Assembly (NCBI GenBank): GCA_963779845.1
Contig: CAVZZV010000005.1
Coordinates: forward strand, 764,245-828,244
Reading direction: 5' to 3'
DNA length: 64,000 nucleotides
Source: an uncultured Bacteroidales bacterium
GTDB taxonomy: Bacteria; Bacteroidota; Bacteroidia; Bacteroidales; GCA-2748055
Part shown: positions 29,864 to 41,083 of the stretch, one piece after another
Layout: each line of letters starts with the position of its first letter
How positions within the stretch are numbered: position 1 is the first letter of the stretch
The notes under the pieces: model-generated
The model's input: only the letters and a program-made list of their open reading frames with translations
Told to the model about the DNA's origin: nothing
Databases searched by the model: none
Program-made: the position numbers and the translations under genes

Positions 29864-31251
29864 ATAATTGATTTCTTTTGATTTACATAATTTTTAATAG
29901 GGAGCACCAGTTTATCGATGTCCCCTGCGCCCATGGTCAATAGTACATCACAAGGGATATTCTTAATGACCTCCAACAATTCCTCCTTTTCACTTTGTAC
30001 CCTTTTTCCTCTGTTCGTCAGTTTGCTGAATATCAGTCCGGAATCAACCCCCTCAATAGGATCTTCCCTTGCAGGATAGATGGGCAGCAGAATAACATCG
30101 TCAAGAAGGGAGAGGCTGGCGGCAAATTCTTCCGCGAAATCCTTCGTCCGGCTATAAAGATGAGGCTGAAAAATTCCGGCCAATCTTTTTCCGGGAAAGA
30201 TCTCCTTTACCGATCCTACAAATGCGCGCAATTCTTCAGGATGATGCGCATAATCATCGATATATATAAAATCGTCCTTTTCTATCAAAACATCAAAGCG
30301 CCTGTATATCCCTTCGTAGGTCTTAACTCCCTGCTTTATTTCGTTGATGCCCACGCCAGCTGTTTTGCACGCGACAAAAGCAGCGATGGCATTCTCAATA
30401 TTGACCCTGCCATAAATACCCAGTTCTATATCCCGCTCAATACCGTCGGGGGTCTGAACATCAAAAACATAATGATATTTTTTCATTCTTATGTTTACCG
30501 GATGGTAATCGGCGGGAGAACCGGACCCGTAGCTTATGGTCTTAATACCTTCTGTCTGTAGAATGGGCAGTCCGGTTTTTATTATAAGTGTTCCTCCCTT
30601 GTTCGTTTGTAATGCAAATTGCCTGAAGGATGAGAGAAGGTTTGGATAATCCCCGTAAATATCAAGATGGTCGGGGTCTATCGCGGTAATAATGGTTATT
30701 TCAGGAAATAGCTGCAGGAAGGAACGGTCATATTCATCTGCCTCGACTACAATGTACTCCGGATTTTCGGAGAACATCAGGTTAGAATTCAGGTTTTTGG
30801 AAATACCCCCCAGGAAGGCCCCGCTATTGATCCCGGATATTCCCAATATATGGGCAATCATTCCTGAAATGGTTGTTTTCCCGTGGCTTCCTGATACAGC
30901 AATGCCTTTATGGGAGGCAACAATCCTTCCCAAAGCTTCAGAACGTTTGATAAGTTCAAAATGATTCTTACTGAAATAGTTTAACAGGTTATTTGATGCA
31001 GGGACAGCTGGGGTATAGACAACCATGGTATCTTCAGCCGATTTAAAGATATTTGAAATTATTCCTGGTTCATCTGTGAAATGAATGTCGATTCCTTCAT
31101 TTATCATCTGCGCGGTAAGGCTGGTAGCGGTCCTGTCGTAACCGGAAACCTGATAACCAAGGGTATGGTAATACCGGGCGAGGGCGCTCATCCCGATCCC
31201 CCCGATCCCGATAAGATAAACATTCTTTATTTTTCTGGTCTTCTTCATCAA
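29860..31251 (-). CDS. murC: UDP-N-acetylmuramate--L-alanine ligase
   Basis: 463 aa. VYLIGIGGIGMSALA, GSHGKTTISGM, DDYAHHPEE. Confidence 0.95.
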   Translation of the reverse strand: MMKKTRKIKNVYLIGIGGIGMSALARYYHTLGYQVSGYDRTATSLTAQMINEGIDIHFTDEPGIISNIFKSAEDTMVVYTPAVPASNNLLNYFSKNHFELIKRSEALGRIVASHKGIAVSGSHGKTTISGMIAHILGISGINSGAFLGGISKNLNSNLMFSENPEYIVVEADEYDRSFLQLFPEITIITAIDPDHLDIYGDYPNLLSSFRQFALQTNKGGTLIIKTGLPILQTEGIKTISYGSGSPADYHPVNIRMKKYHYVFDVQTPDGIERDIELGIYGRVNIENAIAAFVACKTAGVGINEIKQGVKTYEGIYRRFDVLIEKDDFIYIDDYAHHPEELRAFVGSVKEIFPGKRLAGIFQPHLYSRTKDFAEEFAASLSLLDDVILLPIYPAREDPIEGVDSGLIFSKLTNRGKRVQSEKEELLEVIKNIPCDVLLTMGAGDIDKLVLPIKNYVNQKKSII

Positions 31252-32339
31252 AGTGACAATATTTCTTTTGCTATCCTTTCCGCTGCATCAGGGATCGCAA
31301 GTTTCTTTATGTTTTGTGATAGTACATCGATTTTTTTTTCATCCATCAATAGCCGGATACATTCATCGGCAAGTCTGGCTTCAGATTCATGATCAGCTAT
31401 ATGTATGGCCGCATTTTCATTCACCAGAGCCTGTGCGTTTTTCGTCTGATGATCCCCGGTCACATTCGGGGAGGGAACAAGTATTACAGGCTTTCCGACA
31501 ACCGCCAATTCTGAGATGGTTCCTGCCCCGGCCCTCGAAACGATAATATCGGCTGCTGCATACGCCATTTCCATGTTTTTAATAAAAGGGAGCAGATGAA
31601 CATCCGGGTATTCTTTGGTATCCAGCTCTTCCTTTAATGATTCATAGTATAATTTTCCGGACTGCCATAGAAGCTGGGCGCTCCCATTCAGTTTTTTTAG
31701 TCCTGCCCCGATGGACCGGTTAATGGTACGTGCCCCAAGGCTTCCCCCAATGACAAGGATGGTTGGCCTATTTGGATTAAGTCCGAAAAATTGCATAGCC
31801 TCCGTTTTTTCATACACTTTTTTCACTATATCCTGACGAATGGGATTACCTGTGAGTATAATTTTTTCTTTCGGAAAGTATTTTTCCATTCCAGGATAGG
31901 CAACGAAGATTTTCGAGGCTTTTCTGGAAAGAATTTTATTGGTCAGGCCTGCAAAAGAATTTTGTTCCTGAATGATAATGGGGATCCCATGGCGTGCTGC
32001 AGTCCGCAAAACAGGGCCACTGGCATACCCGCCAACACCCACCACCAGATCGGGATGAAAGTCATTTATGATCACTGCGGACATCCGGAGGCTTTTTATC
32101 AAGCGGGACAGAAATTTAATATTTCGAAAACTAAAGCTACGCTGAAGGCCTGTAACAGGCAGACCTACAATTTCGTACCCGGCCTCCGGCACTTTTTCCA
32201 TTTCCAGTTTATTTTCGGCCCCAACAAACAAAATCTCTGCGGAAGGATCAATCTTCATGATGGCATTGGCAATGGCAATGGCAGGAAAAACATGTCCTCC
32301 TGTACCACCCCCGCTTATTATGATCTTTTTATTGCTCAT
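31248..32339 (-). CDS. murG: undecaprenyldiphospho-muramoylpentapeptide beta-N-acetylglucosaminyltransferase
   Basis: 363 aa. IISGGGTGGHVFPAIAIA, ...VSRAGAGTISELAVVGKP. Confidence 0.95.
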   Translation of the reverse strand: MSNKKIIISGGGTGGHVFPAIAIANAIMKIDPSAEILFVGAENKLEMEKVPEAGYEIVGLPVTGLQRSFSFRNIKFLSRLIKSLRMSAVIINDFHPDLVVGVGGYASGPVLRTAARHGIPIIIQEQNSFAGLTNKILSRKASKIFVAYPGMEKYFPKEKIILTGNPIRQDIVKKVYEKTEAMQFFGLNPNRPTILVIGGSLGARTINRSIGAGLKKLNGSAQLLWQSGKLYYESLKEELDTKEYPDVHLLPFIKNMEMAYAAADIIVSRAGAGTISELAVVGKPVILVPSPNVTGDHQTKNAQALVNENAAIHIADHESEARLADECIRLLMDEKKIDVLSQNIKKLAIPDAAERIAKEILSL

Positions 32340-33531
32340 TGATCACTCCCTCTGTTTTTAATTCTTCAGCCTCCATCATTTTTCTCTCTTCCAGCAAAAC
32401 CCGGGCATCCTTCTCGACTCCCCAACTAACACTGAGTATGATACCCAGCGCAACGCTTGTAAATACTATAGAGGTACCCCCACTGCTTATCATGGGAAGA
32501 GGTTGTCCTGTAACCGGGACCAGGTTCACCGCCACAGCCATGTTCACGAGAGCCTGAAAAACGATAATCAGGGAAAGCCCTATACTTACAAATGCGGCAA
32601 AAGTCCTTGTGCTTCGCCGGACAATGATTACTGCCCTGAAAAACAACCAAATATATAGTGCCAATATAATCACAGCACCTATAAGACCATATTCTTCAAC
32701 AATGATGGCATAGATGAAGTCTGAATTTGCCTGGGGAAGCTTTTGTTTTTGAATACTGTTTCCCGGGCCATTCCCCAATATGCCCCCGTTTACAATAGCC
32801 ACTTTAGCCCGGTTTACCTGGTAATTGTTCACACTTTCTTCATCACTGTTCATAAAGCTTTCCATTCTTGCCCCCCAGGTGCCTCTACGGCTCTCAATAT
32901 TCATCAATTTAGTCATCTGAAGAAATATTATGAAAATCAGGATTGCAATGCCTGCCGTTGAAAGCAGGTATTTAAGCGGCATGCGGCCGATAAACATAAG
33001 GATCATGGAAACCATTACCAGAATTACCGCGGTTGAAAAGTTACTGGGTACGATAAGAAGAAAAACCATGAGCATGGCACCACCTATCGGGAAAAAAGCC
33101 TCCTTCAGCTCACCCAGTTTATCCTGCTTTCTGGAAAGAACTTTAGATATATATAATAAAAGGCCAATTTTCGCAAAGTCGGAAGGCTGCATGGTAAATC
33201 CCGTGCCGGGCAGTTCAAGCCATCTCCTGGCCGAGTTGATATCCCTCCCGGTAAAGAATGTGATGATAAGTAACAGCAGGGCAACGTAGAGGGATACAAT
33301 CGCGATCCGGGAAAAGAACCGGTAAGGAATGTGATGAATCAAGATGACGAGGAGTAGTCCAAGCAGGAGGATGAGTAACTGCTTGATAAGGAAATACATG
33401 GTACTATCGCCCTTGTAACGATATGCGATTGCCTGGGAGGAGCTGTATACGGCAAGCAACGATACAACTGCCAGGAGGATGATTACCATCCAGATTACCC
33501 GGTCTCCTTTTATGTATTTTGATGCTGTCAT
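32329..33531 (-). CDS. ftsW: SEDS-family peptidoglycan polymerase FtsW
   Basis: ORF 32329..33690, but its first 53 codons overlap murD. The ATG at 33531 gives MTASKYIKGDRVIWMVIILLAV... Polytopic, with ...NLVPVTGQPLPMISSGGTS. Confidence 0.9.
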   Translation of the reverse strand: MTASKYIKGDRVIWMVIILLAVVSLLAVYSSSQAIAYRYKGDSTMYFLIKQLLILLLGLLLVILIHHIPYRFFSRIAIVSLYVALLLLIITFFTGRDINSARRWLELPGTGFTMQPSDFAKIGLLLYISKVLSRKQDKLGELKEAFFPIGGAMLMVFLLIVPSNFSTAVILVMVSMILMFIGRMPLKYLLSTAGIAILIFIIFLQMTKLMNIESRRGTWGARMESFMNSDEESVNNYQVNRAKVAIVNGGILGNGPGNSIQKQKLPQANSDFIYAIIVEEYGLIGAVIILALYIWLFFRAVIIVRRSTRTFAAFVSIGLSLIIVFQALVNMAVAVNLVPVTGQPLPMISSGGTSIVFTSVALGIILSVSWGVEKDARVLLEERKMMEAEELKTEGVINEQ

Positions 33532-33589
33532 AATGTTACAAAAATGTTTCCCCAGCGGGTTTCGAATATTCGTCGTTCTTTGGTCTTTC

Positions 33590-34936
33590 CTATAGTTCCC
33601 TAACTGCCTCTTTGAATTTCCTTCCTCTTTCTTCATAATTTTCGAAGAGATCGAAGCTGGCGCATGCCGGCGAAAGTAATACTGTATCACCCTTCTCTCC
33701 GAAATGGTATGCCTTTTTCACGGCTTCCTCCATGGAACCACATTCCACAATATGATCCACTTCCCCACCGAAGGCCTTCTTCAGCTTTGAATTATCCTTT
33801 CCGAGGCAGATCATAGCCTTGACTTTCGAGTTTACCAGAGGCTTAAGAGAATCATAATCATTTCCCTTGTCTATCCCACCGGCTATCCAGATCACTCCTT
33901 TATTTACACTTTCCAGTGCATACCATGTTGAATTGATATTGGTCGCTTTTGAATCGTTAATAAACTCTATTCCGCGTACTTTCATCACAACTTCAAGCCG
34001 GTGTTCAACGCTTTGAAAATCCAAAAGAGCTTCACGAATAACCTCTTTTCTTATTTTCAGGACACTTCCTGCTATTCCGGCAGCCATGCTGTTGTATGTG
34101 TTGTGTCTGCCTTTTAAGGCCAGCTCCTGCACAGACAAGGAGAAATCCACATCGTCAAATTCAATCCTCATTATATCTTTTTCATCGATCCAGGCAACAT
34201 CGTCTGGTTTCCGATGGTAGGCATAAGGTAATTGCCGGGCTTTGGTCACGATCCTTTCCAATTCCCGAATGGTAATTTCATCATCGGAGCAAAAAACGAA
34301 ATATTCTTCTTCAGAAAGATTTTGGGTGATCCTGAATTTAGAGTCGGTATAGTACTGCATGTTATGGTCATACCGGTCAAGGTGATCCGGCGTAATGTTC
34401 AGAAGGATAGCGATATCAGCCTTAAATTGGTACATTCCGTCCAATTGAAAACTACTGATCTCAAGCACATAGTAATCATAGTTTTCTGTTGCTACCTGGT
34501 AAGCAAAGCTACGGCCGATATTGCCAGCGATACCCGCGTTAAGCCCGGCTTTCCTTAACATGTGATGGATTAGTGAAGTAGTGGTAGTCTTGCCATTGCT
34601 GCCTGTAATACAGATTTTTCGGGCATCGGTGTATCTTCCGGCAAATTCAATTTCAGAAATAATCCGTAATCCTTTCTTTCTGATAGCCTTTATAATATCG
34701 AGACTTTCAGCGATTCCGGGACTTTTGATCACTTCAGAGGCGTTCAGTATGAGCCGCTCGGTATGTTTATTTTCTTCATAGGGGATATCGTAGGATTCCA
34801 GCAATTCCTTGTGTCTGGGCTTAATACTCCCGAGGTCGCTCACGAAAACATCATATCCCTGTTTTTGTGCAAGGATCGCGGAACCTGTTCCACTTTCCCC
34901 CCCTCCTAAAATTACCATCCTCTGTATCTGTTCCAT
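33590..34936 (-). CDS. murD: UDP-N-acetylmuramoyl-L-alanine--D-glutamate ligase
   Basis: 448 aa. ILGGGESGTGSA, ITGSNGKTTTTSL. Confidence 0.95.
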   Translation of the reverse strand: MEQIQRMVILGGGESGTGSAILAQKQGYDVFVSDLGSIKPRHKELLESYDIPYEENKHTERLILNASEVIKSPGIAESLDIIKAIRKKGLRIISEIEFAGRYTDARKICITGSNGKTTTTSLIHHMLRKAGLNAGIAGNIGRSFAYQVATENYDYYVLEISSFQLDGMYQFKADIAILLNITPDHLDRYDHNMQYYTDSKFRITQNLSEEEYFVFCSDDEITIRELERIVTKARQLPYAYHRKPDDVAWIDEKDIMRIEFDDVDFSLSVQELALKGRHNTYNSMAAGIAGSVLKIRKEVIREALLDFQSVEHRLEVVMKVRGIEFINDSKATNINSTWYALESVNKGVIWIAGGIDKGNDYDSLKPLVNSKVKAMICLGKDNSKLKKAFGGEVDHIVECGSMEEAVKKAYHFGEKGDTVLLSPACASFDLFENYEERGRKFKEAVREL

Positions 34937-34946
34937 TTTACTTTTT

Positions 34947-36191
34947 TTATCGTATTTTCAATGTGACTACCGTTATTACTGCCAGCAAAATGCCCACAAT
35001 CCAGAACCGGGTAACAATTTTTGGTTCGGGGTATCCCTTCTTCTGATAGTGGTGATGAAGAGGGGCCATAAGGTAAATCCTACGCCCTTTTCCGAATTTT
35101 TTCCTTGTGTATTTGAACCAGCTAACCTGGATCATTACGGAAAGGCTCTCCACAAGAAAAACTCCGCAAAGGATGGGAATCAGTAGTTCTTTTCTTATAA
35201 TAATTGCAAATACTGCAATAATCCCCCCTATCGACAGGCTGCCGGTGTCGCCCATAAAAACCTGCGCCGGATAGGAATTATACCATAGAAAACCTACTGT
35301 TGCTCCAATGAAAGCACTGGCGTAGATCACAAGTTCCCCTATCCGTGGTATGTACATTATATTCAAGTAATTCGAAAAAAGGGCATTTCCTGAAACATAG
35401 GCCAGGATACCCAATGTTGTCCCAATAATCGCTGCGGAACCTGTGGCCAGCCCATCCAGTCCATCCGTCATGTTCGCCCCGTTCGAAACGGCTGTTACAA
35501 TAAAGATCACTGCCAGTACGAAAGCTATCCATGCATACGAGGAGGCTTTTTCTCCCATAAACCAAACCAGCCAGGCATAGTTGAATTCATTATTTTTAAG
35601 AAAGGGGATTGTTGTTAAGGTCGATTTTTTGTTCCTAAGCTCATAAATTTGGTTACTATTTATCACTACCGGATTTTCGGTAGCCACCACATTTTCTTCA
35701 TTTACGATTACCCTTTCACGAATAATCACATCGCCATTGAAATACAGAGTCACACCCACAATAAGCCCAAGAACGACTTGTCCCAAAATCTTGAAATTTC
35801 CTCTGAGGCCTTGCTTGTTCTTTTTAAAGACTTTAATATAATCATCAACAAAGCCTACAAACCCAAGCCATACAGTGGTCACAAGCATGAGCCTGATGTA
35901 GACATTGCCTAAATCTCCAAAAAGAAGTACCGGAACCAGGATAGAGGCCAGAATGATCAATCCCCCCATGGTTGGGGTGCCCTGCTTCTCCATCTGACCA
36001 TGAAGCCCCAGATCCCGGACAGACTCGCCAATGAGTTTCCGCTGCAGGTAAACAATGATCCGTTTGCCGAAAACCATTGAAATAATAAGTGAAGTAATCA
36101 CGGATATCGCTGCACGAAATGAAATGTATTGGAAGACCCCTGCCCCGGGGACATCAAGTTTATCCAAATAATCGAACAAATAGTACAACAT
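34947..36191 (-). CDS. mraY: phospho-N-acetylmuramoyl-pentapeptide transferase
   Basis: 414 aa. Polytopic. [33 protein letters not shown]. Confidence 0.95.
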   Translation of the reverse strand: MLYYLFDYLDKLDVPGAGVFQYISFRAAISVITSLIISMVFGKRIIVYLQRKLIGESVRDLGLHGQMEKQGTPTMGGLIILASILVPVLLFGDLGNVYIRLMLVTTVWLGFVGFVDDYIKVFKKNKQGLRGNFKILGQVVLGLIVGVTLYFNGDVIIRERVIVNEENVVATENPVVINSNQIYELRNKKSTLTTIPFLKNNEFNYAWLVWFMGEKASSYAWIAFVLAVIFIVTAVSNGANMTDGLDGLATGSAAIIGTTLGILAYVSGNALFSNYLNIMYIPRIGELVIYASAFIGATVGFLWYNSYPAQVFMGDTGSLSIGGIIAVFAIIIRKELLIPILCGVFLVESLSVMIQVSWFKYTRKKFGKGRRIYLMAPLHHHYQKKGYPEPKIVTRFWIVGILLAVITVVTLKIR

Positions 36192-36193
36192 GC

Positions 36194-37648
36194 CTATCGC
36201 TTTATATATTCCTGAATTTTTTCCTTATCGTCAAAATGATGCCTGATCCCTTTTATTTCCTGATAGGTCTCATGCCCCTTCCCCGCAACTAAAATGATAT
36301 CCCTTTCCCCCGCAAAAGCGCAGGTAACCTTTAGTGCCTCATCCCGGTTTGTTATTGTAACAATTTTTTTGAGAAGGCCGGGATCCAATCCTTCCAGCAT
36401 ATCTTTGATAATATCCTCGGGCTCTTCAAACCGTGGGTTATCTGAAGTAATAACCACTTTATCGCTTAATTCAGCGGCTATGGCAGCCATGAGTGGTCTT
36501 TTGGTTTTATCCCTGTTCCCGCCAGCCCCGACGACCGAAATAATCTCCTGTCCAATTTTACGGATTCCACGGATCGTCTCCAATACATTTTTCAGGGCAT
36601 CCGGGGTATGCGCGTAATCGACTATAGCCGTGGTGCCCCTGGTGGATTGAATTACTTCAAACCTGCCATTCACCGGCTTTTGAAGGGAAATTTGCCGGAT
36701 CAGCTCCTCCTTTTCATATCCCAATAAACAACCGGCACCATATACGGCAAGTATGTTATATGCGTTAAAACGCCCGGGCAGCTGCGTCCACACTTCCCTG
36801 CCGTTTATTTTTAACAGGTTTCCCTCAAGGTGCGATTCAAGGATCTGTCCCTTAAAGCTGGCCATTCCATTTAAAGCATAAGTATGTTTTTCTGCATGGG
36901 TATTTTGAAGCATAATTCCAGCATGCTTATCATCAGCATTTACCAGGGCGAAAGCATCAGATGAGAGACCATCGAAAAACATTTTCTTGGTATCGATGTA
37001 ATTCTTAAAAGTCTTATGATAATCCATGTGGTCATGGGTAATATTTGAGAAGATACCCCCGGAAAACTTTAATCCCGCGATTCGTTTTTGATGGATGGCG
37101 TGGGAAGAAACCTCCATAAATACATATTCGCAATCTTCATCGGCCATTTTCCTTAGCAAGGAATTCAGCTGAATTGGATCCGGGGTGGTATGGGTAGCGG
37201 GCAAGACTTGTTCTTTTATCCGGACCTGTATAGTGGAAAGCAGTCCGGCCTTTAACCCAATCCCTGAACTTATCTGATAAAGAATACTTGCAATCGTGGT
37301 TTTTCCGTTCGTTCCTGTAACTCCTGTCAAGGTAAGCCGGGAGGAAGGATTTTCGTAGAAATTAGAGGCCATTGTTCCCAGGGCATGATGAGTATCGGGT
37401 GTTTGAATGTATACGCTTTCTTTAAGGGTATTTTCTGGAAATTCTTCGCAAACAATAAAAGCAGCACCATTATCCAGCGCAGGTTTAATGTAGTCATGCC
37501 CATTCGAATCCATTCCCTTCACGGCCACGAATAGATCCCCAGCTTCGACCTTCCTGGAATCAAAACAAATTTTACCGGAAAAATCCCGATTGGTCCCCTT
37601 TATGGAAACAATCCTGCAATCTTTTAATATATCTTCAATCCTCCTCAT
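36194..37648 (-). CDS. murE: UDP-N-acetylmuramoyl-L-alanyl-D-glutamate--2,6-diaminopimelate ligase
   Basis: 484 aa. [10 protein letters not shown]. The DNPR motif ([12 protein letters not shown]) is typical of meso-DAP-adding MurE. Confidence 0.93.
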   Translation of the reverse strand: MRRIEDILKDCRIVSIKGTNRDFSGKICFDSRKVEAGDLFVAVKGMDSNGHDYIKPALDNGAAFIVCEEFPENTLKESVYIQTPDTHHALGTMASNFYENPSSRLTLTGVTGTNGKTTIASILYQISSGIGLKAGLLSTIQVRIKEQVLPATHTTPDPIQLNSLLRKMADEDCEYVFMEVSSHAIHQKRIAGLKFSGGIFSNITHDHMDYHKTFKNYIDTKKMFFDGLSSDAFALVNADDKHAGIMLQNTHAEKHTYALNGMASFKGQILESHLEGNLLKINGREVWTQLPGRFNAYNILAVYGAGCLLGYEKEELIRQISLQKPVNGRFEVIQSTRGTTAIVDYAHTPDALKNVLETIRGIRKIGQEIISVVGAGGNRDKTKRPLMAAIAAELSDKVVITSDNPRFEEPEDIIKDMLEGLDPGLLKKIVTITNRDEALKVTCAFAGERDIILVAGKGHETYQEIKGIRHHFDDKEKIQEYIKR

Positions 37649-39777
37649 TAACTATCTCTTAAACTCATTTGTAGGTTCACAGTCTGACCACTAGTGTATA
37701 ACGAGCCTGGCGATAAGGATTGGGAGCGGACAGTGCCCCTTCCATTAATCTTTACTTTCATTCCTTTGCTCTCCAAAAGGTATACTGCATCCTTTAATCC
37801 CATGCCCACCACATTTGGAGCAAGGTTATCAACTATGGTCAGACTATAAAGTTGAACAGTGTCACATACAGAGTGGCTTTTCACCCAGGGACCGATTCCC
37901 ACTTTCGCCTCTATTGTCATATTCAGTTTTGACAAGGCATAATTCAGTTCTTTGTAATAGCCGCTTTTAGAGAAGGGGGCCTCGGTGATAACCGGGTTAT
38001 TCCTGGAGTTGACAGGCTCATGCATCTCCAGCTTCGTGGAATAAACCTTGTTGGCAATTTCCAGAAAAACCGGTCCAGCCACGATCCTGCCATAATAAAT
38101 ATCGTTCGATCTGGAATTAATGACGACGATGCAGGTATACTTGGGATTATCGGCAGGAAAATACCCGACAAAAGATGCCTGGTATGTAACCCTGGACTTC
38201 ACTCTGTATCCGGTTTCTTTATCGGGGATTTGTGCAGTGCCAGTCTTGCCTGCAATAGTATAGTAATGATTTTTGAGATTATCGGCGGTGCCCTGTTCCA
38301 CGACCCCATTAAGCATAGCGCGAACTTTTTTCAGGGTGGAATGGCTACAGAGGGAGGAGTTTAAAACTTCAGGTTGAACCCTTTTCACCGTGCTGCCATG
38401 ATAATTTATTTCCTTGATGAAGCGGGGTTTCATAACCTTCCCATCGTTTGCTATCCCATTATAGAAGCTGAGGATTTGCAGGGGGGTCAAGGTTAATTCA
38501 TAGCCCATGGACATCATGGGGAGTGACACACCTGACCATGAGGAATGGTCTTTGGATTTTATAAAGGGATCTGCTTCCCCCCTTATTTCAACACCCAGTT
38601 TCTGGTTTAAGCCGAGATCATACAGCCCCTGTATGAAATCATTTTCTTTGCCTTTATAACTATCGGTAATTATTTTGGTTATTCCAACGTTGGATGATAT
38701 CTCTAAAGCACGTTTTACCGATATTTTCCCGGTTTCTGAACGGTCACTGTCCTCTACCTTTACCCCATAATAATGGGTAATCCCTTTTCCAATGTCGACT
38801 GAATCGTTGATATCGATGAGTCCGTCTTCCATGGCTACCATAAGGGAGGCTGTTTTAAACGTAGAACCCGGAACGGTGCTTTCTCCAATGGCAAAATTGA
38901 CGGATTCCCAGAATCCCCCTGAGGAGCTTCTTTCTAAATTGGCAATGGCCTTGATGTCGCCTGTTTCCACTTCCATCAAAACAGCGGTTCCGTGGTGCGC
39001 ATTCAGACGGGAAAGCTGGTTGTAAAGAGCTCTCTCGGCAACATCCTGAATATTCAGGTCGATCGTCGTTAGGATATCCATCCCATCCTCAGGATCCAAT
39101 TCGTTTTCATCCAGAAGCGGAACGAAGATATCCCCGTTTAACCGCTTGAAAAGTTTCATCCCTTCCCTGCCTTTGAGTTCTGCATCGTAGGCTCCCTCAA
39201 GGCCGACCACGTTTCCACCCTCCCTCAAATTAGTAGAGCCAATGGTACGCGCTGCAAGATAACCGTTTGGGCGTACCCGCCGGGAATTTTCTATAAACCG
39301 AACTCCCCCCTTGAACCTTCCACGGTTGAATATCGGAAAATTCTTGGCCTTGAGCATCTGATCGTATGAAGCGGCACGCTTCACAAGGTAATATTGAGAC
39401 TTATTTTGACGGGCCTTTAAAAGGTTGCGCTTATATTCGAGCCAGGTTTTATCCCCAAAAAGACCGGAAAGAGAGTGGGAAAGAGGGTCAAGATGATTAT
39501 AAAAAACCTCGTCGGTCAGGCTGTCAACCGTCATATCCATTCGAATATCGTAGTAAGGGACAGAGACAGCAAAAAGTTTTCCATCGGAACTATAGACATC
39601 CCCCCGATTGGCTTCAATAGGGACCTCCTTAACAGGAGCGATCGCAGAATTAACGGACCATTTATCATGTTCGGCAAATTGAAGCCAGACAATCCTGCCG
39701 ATAATGCTAAGCCCCATGAGCACGACAAAAACGTACACGACCCCAACACGCCACAATATGTCTTTTTTTATCGACAT
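37648..39777 (-). CDS. ftsI: division transpeptidase FtsI (class B PBP) with a C-terminal PASTA-like domain
   Basis: 709 aa. N-terminal TM. Transpeptidase motifs PGSTFK, ISSNVG, GKTGTA. C-terminal VVGMGLKDAVYLLESKGMKVKINGRGTVRSQSLSPGSLYTSGQTVNLQM. Confidence 0.93.
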   Translation of the reverse strand: MSIKKDILWRVGVVYVFVVLMGLSIIGRIVWLQFAEHDKWSVNSAIAPVKEVPIEANRGDVYSSDGKLFAVSVPYYDIRMDMTVDSLTDEVFYNHLDPLSHSLSGLFGDKTWLEYKRNLLKARQNKSQYYLVKRAASYDQMLKAKNFPIFNRGRFKGGVRFIENSRRVRPNGYLAARTIGSTNLREGGNVVGLEGAYDAELKGREGMKLFKRLNGDIFVPLLDENELDPEDGMDILTTIDLNIQDVAERALYNQLSRLNAHHGTAVLMEVETGDIKAIANLERSSSGGFWESVNFAIGESTVPGSTFKTASLMVAMEDGLIDINDSVDIGKGITHYYGVKVEDSDRSETGKISVKRALEISSNVGITKIITDSYKGKENDFIQGLYDLGLNQKLGVEIRGEADPFIKSKDHSSWSGVSLPMMSMGYELTLTPLQILSFYNGIANDGKVMKPRFIKEINYHGSTVKRVQPEVLNSSLCSHSTLKKVRAMLNGVVEQGTADNLKNHYYTIAGKTGTAQIPDKETGYRVKSRVTYQASFVGYFPADNPKYTCIVVINSRSNDIYYGRIVAGPVFLEIANKVYSTKLEMHEPVNSRNNPVITEAPFSKSGYYKELNYALSKLNMTIEAKVGIGPWVKSHSVCDTVQLYSLTIVDNLAPNVVGMGLKDAVYLLESKGMKVKINGRGTVRSQSLSPGSLYTSGQTVNLQMSLRDS

Positions 39778-40169
39778 TATTCAATGATATCCTTAACAAC
39801 AATTTTTTTTGGAGGCTCGATAGACTCCTTTAATCCCAATCCTTTGCGGGCAACTTCATCAGCTACCTCGGTCTGTCTGCTTAATTTCATCAGCTCGGAA
39901 GAAACAAAAATAGCCCTGGAACGAAGTTCCCGGGTTTCAATCCTGAGTGTTTCAATTCTTCTCCTCAACATGTCGGCGTGATAGCTGTTACTTATATAAA
40001 TGATCCCCAGGAACACCAGGAAGAAGATAAAAGGAAGCTGCCGGGTAACTATCTTACGAGTAAGGAATGTGCCATCTACCAATCCGCGTAGAACTTTACC
40101 TTCCGTTACCTTACGGTTTTCGTTTTCCTTTTCTTCAATAAACTCTATATGTTCCGGTTTTTCCGCCAT
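39777..40169 (-). CDS. ftsL: FtsL-like cell division protein (Bacteroidota type)
   Basis: 130 aa. Single TM (LPFIFFLVFLGIIYI) followed by a coiled-coil (MLRRRIETLRIETRELRS). Position is between rsmH and ftsI. Confidence 0.75.
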   Translation of the reverse strand: MAEKPEHIEFIEEKENENRKVTEGKVLRGLVDGTFLTRKIVTRQLPFIFFLVFLGIIYISNSYHADMLRRRIETLRIETRELRSRAIFVSSELMKLSRQTEVADEVARKGLGLKESIEPPKKIVVKDIIE

Positions 40170-41083
40170 TATTTTTTTTCAGCAATCCTTAATTTTGCAC
40201 TTCTAGCCCTGGAATTTTCGGATATTTCCTCTTCCGAAGGGCTTATAATTGATTTATTGACCATTCTGAAAGGGGTTGAGACATTCCCAAAAAAATCCTT
40301 TACCATCTGACCTTCAAGATTACCGGCTTTCATCATATTCTTGACTCTCCTGTCTTCGATAGAATGATAACTAATTATTACCAGCCTTCCTTTGGAATCG
40401 AGATAATCCGGAATTTGTAAAAGGAGCTCATCCAGGGCTCCCATCTCATCGTTTACTTCTATTCGCAAGGCCTGAAATATCTGTGACAGCAATTTGTTCC
40501 GTTTAAAAGCCGGCAGGAACGACTCAATGGCTGAAACGAAATCTTCCGTTGCATGAAAAGCCTTTTCCTCCCTTCTTTTCACGATAATTTTGGTAAGGTT
40601 TTTATATCTCTGCACCTCACCAAAATTTGCAAATACCCCGTTCAATTTCTCCGGGGGATAAAGGTTCAGAACATCTGCCGCTGTTTGTCCATCTACAGAA
40701 TTCATCCGCATATCAAGTCCGGCTCTACCGAGGTAAGTAAACCCTCTTTCTTCCAGGTCGATTTGATGTGAGGATATTCCCAGATCACCGAGGATCCCCG
40801 CCACTTTATTGATTTCATAATATCGAAGGAAGTTTCGTAAATACCTGAAATTAGCCATGATGAAGGTAAATCGTGAATCGTCTATGAGATTCTTTTCAGC
40901 ATCCGGATCCTGATCGAAAGCCAGGAGCCTGCCTTTTTCACCTAATCTGTTAAGTATTTCCCGGGAATGGCCTCCCCCACCAAAGGTAAGGTCGACATAG
41001 ATTCCATCAGGTCTGATGTTTAGTCCGTCAACACTTTCCTTTAACAATACAGGTTTGTGATATGACAAATCATTTCTCATCAC
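40169..41083 (-). CDS. rsmH: 16S rRNA (cytosine1402-N4)-methyltransferase
   Basis: 304 aa. YHKPVLLKESVDGL...DLTFGGGGHS...ISYHSIEDRRVK. Confidence 0.95.
   Translation of the reverse strand: MMRNDLSYHKPVLLKESVDGLNIRPDGIYVDLTFGGGGHSREILNRLGEKGRLLAFDQDPDAEKNLIDDSRFTFIMANFRYLRNFLRYYEINKVAGILGDLGISSHQIDLEERGFTYLGRAGLDMRMNSVDGQTAADVLNLYPPEKLNGVFANFGEVQRYKNLTKIIVKRREEKAFHATEDFVSAIESFLPAFKRNKLLSQIFQALRIEVNDEMGALDELLLQIPDYLDSKGRLVIISYHSIEDRRVKNMMKAGNLEGQMVKDFFGNVSTPFRMVNKSIISPSEEEISENSRARSAKLRIAEKK

Noticed and set aside
33532-33690. N-terminal extension of the ftsW ORF (MIQYYFRRHAPASISS…).
   Set aside because: The extension overlaps the 3' end of murD by 101 nt and has no hydrophobic or conserved character. 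The ATG at 33531 precedes the first TM helix directly. The same reasoning trims other ORFs: mraZ (to 41540), the S46 peptidase (to 56004), secG (to 62789), lptE (to 61383) and the sigma-54 activator (to 60098).
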